A DNA stretch of 11,885 nt from Armatimonadota bacterium (GCA_016235455.1 JACRKZ010000108.1:1-11885), one strand, 5' to 3'; shown: positions 1 through 6,347, numbered from the stretch's first letter. A program made the numbers and translations. The notes: generated by a model not told the origin, from the letters alone.

Positions 1-13
1 CCGGGGCGGATGA

Positions 14-907
14 TCATCTGCCCTGAGCACCCGGCGCGGCCGTTGTCGCCGCGAACCATGCGCGTGCCCGGTCTCGTGTCGGGCTGGGCAGCAGCAGCCA
101 GCGGTCGGTGTGCGGGTGCAGCGCCAGCGCGTTGGGGAACTCGCCCATGATCGCGTGCACCGGCACATCGAGGAAGGTGAATGCGTCGAGCGGCACCTGG
201 CTGCTCAACCAGGCCCGCACGTCGGCGGTGCTGTCCTGCTGGCAGACCAGCACCGGCCGGCCAACCAGGCGCCGCAGGCGGCTGGCCGCGGCAACTCGGT
301 AGGTAGCCAACGGACTACCCCAGCCAGACGTGCCCCACTGGCGCACGCCGTCGCAGTGGTCATGGGTGACGAACCCGCACCACAGGCGCGCGATCTCATC
401 GTCGGCCAGGCCCAGGTAGTTCACGCCAATGGCTCCGCGCGAGAAGCCGCACAGCACCACCGCCTTGTCATCGCCGCCGAACTGCTCGCAGACGCGCGGC
501 ACGTTGGCCTTGGCATAGGCGATGGTAGCCGCCTCGTCGCCCCACCAGTTCAACTCATTGGCGGTATGCGCCGGATTGACATAGGGCAGCACCAACCAGA
601 TGCAGCGCCCGGCGCTCAAGCCATAGCCCAGCCCGGCGTCCTCGACGCGGCCGGTGCAGCCCAGCGTCGGCGCCTGGTTGCCCGCATACTCGACGACCAC
701 CGGCCAGCGCCGGCCGCTCTCGCGCCAGTCGGGCCGCCAGTCGTCGGGCAGCCAGAGCATGTGGTGCACCTCCGTGCCGGCATACTCAGGTGCCGTCACC
801 GCGACCTTGCGGCCCGCGGCGGGCGCGCCTTCGCTGACCGGCGGGAGCGTCAGGTCGGGCGGCGAGGGTTGCGCCAGCAGGAGGGCCAGCAGTCTTGCGG
901 CAAGCAT
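14..907 (-). CDS. Secreted alpha/beta-hydrolase fold protein (putative esterase), 297 aa
   Basis: Likely start is ATG 907, which overlaps the upstream TGA as TGATG (GTG 910 is an alternative), not 1840. Hydrophobic N-terminus MLAARLLALLLAQP. 'LWLPDDW...RWPVVVEYAGN' is an esterase-like strand motif. Nucleophile elbow G-F-S156-R-G follows 'VVLC'. Candidate catalytic His in 'HPHTD'. Confidence 0.8.
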   Translation of the reverse strand: MLAARLLALLLAQPSPPDLTLPPVSEGAPAAGRKVAVTAPEYAGTEVHHMLWLPDDWRPDWRESGRRWPVVVEYAGNQAPTLGCTGRVEDAGLGYGLSAGRCIWLVLPYVNPAHTANELNWWGDEAATIAYAKANVPRVCEQFGGDDKAVVLCGFSRGAIGVNYLGLADDEIARLWCGFVTHDHCDGVRQWGTSGWGSPLATYRVAAASRLRRLVGRPVLVCQQDSTADVRAWLSSQVPLDAFTFLDVPVHAIMGEFPNALALHPHTDRWLLLPSPTRDRARAWFAATTAAPGAQGR

Positions 908-3588
908 CACGGCGCCTCCACGATGCTCACCGGCGGCACCGTCACGCCACCCTTGACCACCGCCACGCTGGACATGTTCAGCAGCAGCCGGCCGCGGTCC
1001 AGCGGAGTCACGAAGACGTTGTCGAAAGCGTCGTCGTCCAGGCAGTCGGGCGCCAGCGACCGGAACAACGGCAGCAGCAGCGCGCGCTGACGCTCGTCGC
1101 TCCCGCCCACGGGCAGGCCGACCACCGCGCCGCGGCCTTGGGCCGTGCGCTTCAGCCGCGCCGTGTCGACCGCCATGGCCAGACCGCGGTTGACCACCGG
1201 CTCTCCGGTGGCACCCGCCTGCCAGACCTCCACGCGCGTCAACGCCACGCCCAGGTCTCGACCATCGCCGGAGCCGAAGTCGCTCGGCTTCCAGGTGCCC
1301 AGGCTGAACGCCAGACGGCCCACCTGGTTGCGGATGACCTCCGCGGGGAACTCGCAGCGCAGCACGTTGTGCCCGGCCTTGAGGCCACCCACGGGCAGCC
1401 CGTCCAGCGTTACAGCGGCGCGTGCGCCACCGTCGAAGGAGTGGCCGTTGACCATGGCCTCGAGCTCGATGGTGATGCCGTGACCCGGCTCCAATGGCAC
1501 CAGCACCGCCGGGTCCTTGCCGCTCCAGCGCTTGGTGCCCTTGGCGTTGGGGAACTCGGCCGAGGTTTCGCTGTGGTACCACGCGCCGGCCAGGAAGGGC
1601 TCGTCGCCCGGCGAGCCCACATCCAGCCGCCAGCGCGCTGGCGCTGGGCCGTCGCGTCTGGCGGTGACCAGGTCGGCCGCGGCCGCGGCATCGGCGCGCA
1701 TTACCAGGCCGCCGGCCTGTGCGAACCGCGCAATCGCCGGCTCGGCCTCGGTCGGGCCGGCACTGGGGATGACCAGCACGCGGCAGGCCGCCAGCACACC
1801 GTCGTTGACGCTGTCGTGGGTGACCAGATCCAGGTCGCACAGCTCACGCAGCGCGCGGACCATGGCGTACGTCGTCTGCATGGCGCCACCATCGAGCCAG
1901 TGCTCGCGCGCCATGTAGACCGCCACACGCGGCACACGCGGCTTGCGCGGCACCAGCAGCGGCGCGCTGCGGCGATAGTTGGTGATGGCCTCGCCGCTGT
2001 CCAGCAGGTTGGGCAGGTAGTAGTGCAGTTGCCGCGCGCCGCTGGCCGTGGCGTTGTAGACGCGCGCCACCACGCCGTAGGCGTTGACCTCGCCGGCCGG
2101 CTCAAAGGCGCTGAAGGTCTTGTACTGCCGCGTCGCCGTGGCCACCTCGCGGGTCACCGAGTAGTTGGCCGCGTAATCGCTGCCCTCGTTGGTGATGCGG
2201 ATGCCCGCGCCATAGGGCGCGATGGCCTTGGCCTGCGCGGTGAAGTCGGCGCCCAGCGGCGGCTCACCGGCGCCGCCGGTGCACAGGTAGATGGGCGTCT
2301 GGCCGACAATCCGGCGCGTGGTAGCCACCCACCAGCGCGACCATTCGGTCATGCTGTCCTCGTACCAGCGCACGAACTCGACCCGCGCGGCGTCGGACGG
2401 GGCCTTGGTCGGCACGAAGGTCGAGACGGCGTCGAAGTCAGCGTAGGTCGTGCCCCAAGCGCGGTTGAGCGCGGCGATCGTGCCATGGGCCTGCTTGAGG
2501 TGCGCGCGGAAGGCGGCTACCGCCTCCTTGTCGCCGGCCCACCAGCCCACGCCGTTGTAGTACGGCCCGGTGATGCTGGCAGTCCAACCGCCCTCGGGGC
2601 CTGCCGGGTAGATGCTCTCGCCATACGTGCCAGTGATGCCCAGCAGCACGCTCTCGATCAGCCCGCGCCGGCCGTAACGCTCCTGGAAGGCGGTCAGGAA
2701 GCGCTCGATCTCGGGCGTCAGCCGAGGATTCCAGAGCGACTCGATGAGCGTGGCCCGGCCGTTGTTCAGGTCGACATAGCCCAGATGGTCGGGCCCCTCG
2801 CGGAACCACTTGGGCGTGGCATAGGCCGGGCCGGCAATGAGGAACGGCACCCACTTGAGGCCGGCGGCTTGCAGGATGGCGGCCTGTTTGTCCCACTTGC
2901 TCCAGTCCCACTGGCCGCGGCCGGAGTCCTCGACGGTCTGCCAGGTGACGTAGCTCTCCACGCTGGTGACGCCGAGCGTCTTGAGCAGCATGGCCGTGGC
3001 CGGGTCGGGGTCGCAGCCGACGCACAACTCCTGCGCGGCGGGCAGCCGCACACGCCAGCGCTCAAGCTCCGCGGCGGGCACCGGCTGGTCGGCGTTGTAG
3101 CCGGCCGGCGGCGTGTCCGACAGCGTCAGACTGGCCACGGTGACCCGGCCGGCGAGGCGCAGATCCGCGCCGCCGTTCTGGCCGTGGCCCAGGCGTGCGT
3201 GCGTCAGGCGCACCGTGCGCTTGACCCAACCGCCGCTGCCCAGCAAGAGGAACGGGCTGTCGGCCGGGGTGTAGCAGGTGCCGATGTTGGGGGTCGGCGT
3301 CGCATGATCGTACTCGACGGCCACCGCCTGCGGGTACTCGTCAAACAGCTCGGCGGTCAGGTACAGGTCGTGGTCGCCCGGCTGCCAGGCAGCGTCGGCC
3401 GTCTGCACGTAGAGGTAGTGCGAGTCCTTGCCGCTGACCGTGCGACAGGGCCGACCGCCACGCTCGGCGGCTTCGTTCTGGCCGTCGCCCGATGACGGCA
3501 CGCGCAGGCCGTGCTCGGTGTTGGTGGGACCGAGTTCGATGGTCAGCGGCGCGGCGCTCAACGTCAGAGCCAACAACAGAGACAGCAT
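907..3588 (-). CDS. Secreted multidomain glycoside hydrolase, GH14 (beta-amylase)/GH42-like TIM barrel with accessory beta-sandwich domains, 893 aa
   Basis: Signal peptide MLSLLLALTLSAA. SD GGGAG at 3599-3595. Motifs 'SYVTWQTVEDSGRGQWDWSKWD', 'ATPKWF', 'FRAHLKQAHGTIAALNRAWGT', 'GITGTYGESIYP' and 'EFVRWYEDSM'. Post-barrel 'RVAVY...VLVIP...IARFAQAGGLV' resembles the GH42 trimerization (GATase-like) domain. Confidence 0.85.
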   Translation of the reverse strand: MLSLLLALTLSAAPLTIELGPTNTEHGLRVPSSGDGQNEAAERGGRPCRTVSGKDSHYLYVQTADAAWQPGDHDLYLTAELFDEYPQAVAVEYDHATPTPNIGTCYTPADSPFLLLGSGGWVKRTVRLTHARLGHGQNGGADLRLAGRVTVASLTLSDTPPAGYNADQPVPAAELERWRVRLPAAQELCVGCDPDPATAMLLKTLGVTSVESYVTWQTVEDSGRGQWDWSKWDKQAAILQAAGLKWVPFLIAGPAYATPKWFREGPDHLGYVDLNNGRATLIESLWNPRLTPEIERFLTAFQERYGRRGLIESVLLGITGTYGESIYPAGPEGGWTASITGPYYNGVGWWAGDKEAVAAFRAHLKQAHGTIAALNRAWGTTYADFDAVSTFVPTKAPSDAARVEFVRWYEDSMTEWSRWWVATTRRIVGQTPIYLCTGGAGEPPLGADFTAQAKAIAPYGAGIRITNEGSDYAANYSVTREVATATRQYKTFSAFEPAGEVNAYGVVARVYNATASGARQLHYYLPNLLDSGEAITNYRRSAPLLVPRKPRVPRVAVYMAREHWLDGGAMQTTYAMVRALRELCDLDLVTHDSVNDGVLAACRVLVIPSAGPTEAEPAIARFAQAGGLVMRADAAAAADLVTARRDGPAPARWRLDVGSPGDEPFLAGAWYHSETSAEFPNAKGTKRWSGKDPAVLVPLEPGHGITIELEAMVNGHSFDGGARAAVTLDGLPVGGLKAGHNVLRCEFPAEVIRNQVGRLAFSLGTWKPSDFGSGDGRDLGVALTRVEVWQAGATGEPVVNRGLAMAVDTARLKRTAQGRGAVVGLPVGGSDERQRALLLPLFRSLAPDCLDDDAFDNVFVTPLDRGRLLLNMSSVAVVKGGVTVPPVSIVEAP

Positions 3589-3648
3589 GGTCTGCTCCCA
3601 GGTTCGGTCAGGCGGGCCAGGTCGGCCGCGCTCCGACGCTTGCGACAG

Positions 3649-4398
3649 TCAACCCTTGCGGCGCTTCAGCCAGTAGAACACACGCCGACTGTCGCCCGTG
3701 GGCTTACGGCGCGCGTGGTAGTCTTCGACATGCGCGACCTTCAGGCCGGCGGCGCGGATGGCGCGGTCCAGTTCGGCGCTGGTGAAGCCACGCTCGTCAT
3801 GGACCTCGTCGAACCGGTCCCAGCGGCCATCGTCGCCACGCACGAAGAACGTGGCGCGCAGGGAGCTGACGTTGGTCGTCTCGTCCCAGGTCGCCTCCCA
3901 GATGGTGGCCAGATCATCTGCCAGCCGCGTCTGGCAGATGCCCTGCCAGTGCTCGGACAGCGTGTGGCGGGTGTTGAGGTCGAACACGAAGTAGCCGCCC
4001 GGTCGCAGCACGCGCGCCACCTCGGCCAACATGGCCGCCAGGTCACCCAGATGGGTCAGGTAGTTCACGCTGTCGTAGAACGAGGTGACCAGATCCAGAC
4101 TGCCCGTGGCCAGGGGCAGAGCGCGGAAGTCGGCCTGCAGGAGTCGGCCGCCGGCGCGGTCCAGGCCATTGAGCAGCATCTCTCGCGAGAGGTCGGCGCC
4201 CAGCGCCCGGAAGCCGCCTTCGACGAGGATAGGCACCAGCCAGCCGGTGCCGCAAGCCAGGTCGAGCACGCGTTCGCCGTGCCAGTCGAGACGGCGCAGG
4301 TGGGCAAGCACATACGGCCAGGCCCAGCGCACGAACTCGGTCTGGCCGGTCTGGTCATACAGCGAAGCGTATCGCGAATAGGGCGGGACGTCGGTCAC
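3649..4398 (-). CDS. Class I SAM-dependent methyltransferase, about 249 aa
   Basis: Motif I 'VLDLACGTG', motif II 'GADLSREML', 'QADFRAL', 'DLVTSFYDSVNYL', 'VLRPGGYFVFD', and N-terminal 'YSRYASLYD'. GTG 4398 chosen because it lies 5 nt after the sigma stop codon; TTG 4416 is the alternative. Confidence 0.92.
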   Translation of the reverse strand: MTDVPPYSRYASLYDQTGQTEFVRWAWPYVLAHLRRLDWHGERVLDLACGTGWLVPILVEGGFRALGADLSREMLLNGLDRAGGRLLQADFRALPLATGSLDLVTSFYDSVNYLTHLGDLAAMLAEVARVLRPGGYFVFDLNTRHTLSEHWQGICQTRLADDLATIWEATWDETTNVSSLRATFFVRGDDGRWDRFDEVHDERGFTSAELDRAIRAAGLKVAHVEDYHARRKPTGDSRRVFYWLKRRKG

Positions 4399-4403
4399 GG
4401 CGC

Positions 4404-5423
4404 CTAGTATACGCAATCGGCGCTGAGTAGCCCACTGGAACGCAGCTTATCCATGGCGCGCATTTCGATCTGGCGGATGCGCTCGCGCGTCAGGGCAAAG
4501 CGTTGGCCCACCTCTTCGAGCGTGTGCTCCTTGCCGTCCTCCAGCCCGTAGCGCAGTCGCAGCACCGACTGCTCACGGTCGTCGAGCAGATCCATGGCGA
4601 TGTCGAGCTGACGCCTGAGCAGGCCAAGCGACGCCGCCACTTCCGGCGTGAGGTGGTGGTCGTCCTCGATGAAGTCGCCCAGATAGCTGTTCTCCTCGTC
4701 GCTCAGCGGCGAATCGAGGCTGCAGGTCTCGGCGCCGTGCGAGAGCATCTCGGCCACCTGGTCGACGCTCAGGTTCATCCTGCCGGCCAACTCCTCGGCG
4801 GTGGGCTGCCGGCCAAGCTCCTGGCTGAGCTGGGACATGGTGCGGAACAGCCGCGCAATGGCATCGGACATGTACACTGGCAACCGGATGGAGCGACCCT
4901 GGTCGGAGAGGGCCCGCGTAATGGCCTGGCGGATCCAGTAGGTGGCGTAGGTGCTGAATCGATAGCCCTTGCGGCGGTCAAACTTGATGACAGCCTTCAT
5001 CAGGCCGATATTGCCTTCTTGGATCAAGTCGCTGAGCGACACGGCAGACTCATTGTGGCGTCGATAGCGTTTGGCCACACTGACCACCAACCGCAGGTTG
5101 GCCTCGACCATCTGCTGCATGGCCATGGTGTCGCCCCGCTCGATGCGGCGAGCCAGGCAGATCTCCTCGATCTCGTTGAGCAGTGGCACGCCGCGAAGTT
5201 GACACATCCAGAGGCGAACGGCATCGTCCACCATCGGTGCCTCGTCAAACTCAGCAAAGAGGTCGCACGGCTCGTCGAGCGGGTACGTCTCACGCAGGGC
5301 CAGTGTCGATTCCATCAACCCCATCCGCTGCCATTTGGGCTGCCCACCTGAGCCAGGTTGGCAACCGGCCTCTTGCCCCAACGCCACGGATGATCGCAAA
5401 CTGAGCACGGCTGGCTCAGACAC
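4404..5423 (-). CDS. RNA polymerase sigma-70 factor, RpoD/SigA family, lacking a full region 1.1 (group 2-like); start uncertain (CTG 5462, GTG 5423, ATG 5324 or ATG 5315)
   Basis: Region 1.2 'DAVRLW..VPLLNEIEEICLARRIERG'. Region 2 'MVEANLRLVVSVAKRY', 'DLIQEGNIGLMKAVIKFD..KGYRFSTYATYWIRQAITRAL'. Region 3 'IRLPVYM...ELGRQPTAEELA', 'SLDSPL...LGDFIED'. Region 4 'TLEEVGQRFALTRERIRQIE'. Confidence 0.96.
   Translation of the reverse strand: MSEPAVLSLRSSVALGQEAGCQPGSGGQPKWQRMGLMESTLALRETYPLDEPCDLFAEFDEAPMVDDAVRLWMCQLRGVPLLNEIEEICLARRIERGDTMAMQQMVEANLRLVVSVAKRYRRHNESAVSLSDLIQEGNIGLMKAVIKFDRRKGYRFSTYATYWIRQAITRALSDQGRSIRLPVYMSDAIARLFRTMSQLSQELGRQPTAEELAGRMNLSVDQVAEMLSHGAETCSLDSPLSDEENSYLGDFIEDDHHLTPEVAASLGLLRRQLDIAMDLLDDREQSVLRLRYGLEDGKEHTLEEVGQRFALTRERIRQIEMRAMDKLRSSGLLSADCVY
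4406..4411 (-). promoter_or_regulatory. Putative -10 box TATACT of a leaderless promoter for the methyltransferase
   Basis: TATACT lies 7 nt before GTG 4398. No clear SD or -35 box. Confidence 0.4.
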
Positions 5424-5463
5424 GTGATCGTGGCTCCCCCCTGATTCGATGCGAGGGAGCAGT

Positions 5464-5473
5464 TCACCTCCTT
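5464..5473 (-). promoter_or_regulatory. Perfect Shine-Dalgarno sequence AAGGAGGTGA upstream of the sigma factor gene
   Basis: The + strand reads tcacctcctt at 5464-5473, matching the canonical 16S 3' tail, so the minus strand carries a 10-nt SD. It is followed by an in-frame CTG at 5462. Confidence 0.6.
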
Positions 5474-5487
5474 GTCAGTTATGGATC

Positions 5488-5516
5488 TTGTTGCATTATT
5501 GTTGCGGTCTCACAAT
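5488..5516. promoter_or_regulatory. AT-rich divergent promoter/operator region: direct repeat TTGTTGC-N4-TTGTTGC, palindrome ATTGT-N9-ACAAT, and a possible + strand promoter TTGTTG-N17-CACAAT
   Basis: Repeats at 5488-5494 and 5499-5505. Palindrome arms at 5498-5502 and 5512-5516. The most conspicuously AT-rich stretch in the window, lying between divergent genes. Confidence 0.55.
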
Positions 5517-5534
5517 GTTTGCGACGAGGTAGCC

Positions 5535-6347
5535 GTGCCCACTCTGCCACGCATCGACTCCGCCAAAGAGCCGCGCTTCAAAGCTGCCGCCGCGCTGGCA
5601 CAGCCGCTGGCCCGCGCGCGTGACGGCCTGTTCCTGATCGAGGGCCACCGGCTCGTGCGACAGGCTTTGGCGGCAGGTGTGTTGCGCGAGGCCTGGCTGC
5701 TCGACGACCTCGACGACTCTGCCCTGGCCGCCGATCTGCTGACCGCCGGCATCGCCTGCCACGGCATCCCCGCGAGCCTCGGCGCCCGGCTCATCGGCAC
5801 AGCCTACGACACCCGGCTTGGCGCGGTTGGCGTGGTGGCCCGACGCCCAGCGCCCAGCCTGCCGACCGACGGGCTCATCCTGGCCGCCGAAGCCCTGCAG
5901 GACCCGCGCAACGTGGGCGTGCTGGTGCGCACCGCCGAGGCCGCTGGCCTGGCCGCGTTGGCGCTCAGCGACGACGGCGCCGACCCCTGGTCACGGCCCG
6001 CGGTGCGCAGCACCACCGGCAGCATCCTGCGTCAGAGCGTCTACCTGGCAGCCGACCTGCCGGCCGATCTGGCCCGCTTGAGGCGGGAGGGCATGCGCGT
6101 CGTGGCCACCTCGGCCCGCGCCCGGCAGGTGGTCTGGGAGGTCGATCTGACCGGCCCGCTGGTACTGCTCGTGGGCAACGAGTCCGAGGGGCTCAGCGAT
6201 GCCGCACGCGACCAGGCCGACGCCCTGGTGAGCCTGCCCATGCACGGCTCGGCCAGTTCGCTCAATGTCACCGTGGCCGCGGGAGCGCTGGTCTATGAAG
6301 CGTTGCGTCAGCGCGCCGGGATCGCGCCCACGCGGGCTCCGTCGTAG
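5535..6347 (+). CDS. TrmH/SpoU-family (SPOUT) RNA 2'-O-methyltransferase, 270 aa
   Basis: GTG 5535 preceded by GAGGT (5526-5530). N-terminal 'GLFLIEGHRLV' substrate-binding domain. SPOUT motifs 'LQDPRNVGVLVRTAEAAG', 'LLVGNESEGLS' and 'LPMHGSASSLNVTVAAGALVYE'. Confidence 0.95.
   Translation: MPTLPRIDSAKEPRFKAAAALAQPLARARDGLFLIEGHRLVRQALAAGVLREAWLLDDLDDSALAADLLTAGIACHGIPASLGARLIGTAYDTRLGAVGVVARRPAPSLPTDGLILAAEALQDPRNVGVLVRTAEAAGLAALALSDDGADPWSRPAVRSTTGSILRQSVYLAADLPADLARLRREGMRVVATSARARQVVWEVDLTGPLVLLVGNESEGLSDAARDQADALVSLPMHGSASSLNVTVAAGALVYEALRQRAGIAPTRAPS

Noticed and set aside
1-18. Palindrome GATGATCATC (9-18) with a + strand TGA at 11-13 abutting the hydrolase stop
   Set aside because: It may mark the end of a convergent gene outside the window, but 13 nt is too little to support a call.
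908-1840. N-terminal 311 aa of the 608-aa ORF 14..1840, and a possible frameshift fusion with the GH
   Set aside because: Arg/Gly-rich off-frame read of the GH gene. The real protein begins at the signal peptide at 907, and no slippery site was seen.
895-3495. 866-aa + strand ORF, and similar ones at 110-1090, 3511-4407, 4503-5351, 6425-7948, 9113-10174 and 10193-11149
   Set aside because: Antisense shadow ORFs of well-supported genes, expected in high-GC3 DNA; no recognisable motifs.
3621-3645. Hairpin GTCGG/CCGAC as a terminator, and GCAAGCG as a second LacI operator
   Set aside because: The stem is only 5 bp with no U-tract, and the operator match is a half-site only.
5340-5400. c-di-GMP-I riboswitch resemblance (GGCAA...GCCGGTTGCC)
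   Set aside because: The GNRA/receptor and GCAAAG core elements are missing and the spacing is too short.
5461-5475. tcacctcctt as a 16S rRNA 3'-end remnant
   Set aside because: Only 10 nt match and the flanks show no rRNA similarity; it is better read as a minus-strand SD.
5472-5534. N-terminal extension of the TrmH ORF from TTG 5472
   Set aside because: It runs through the AT-rich promoter region; GTG 5535 has an SD and gives a typical length.
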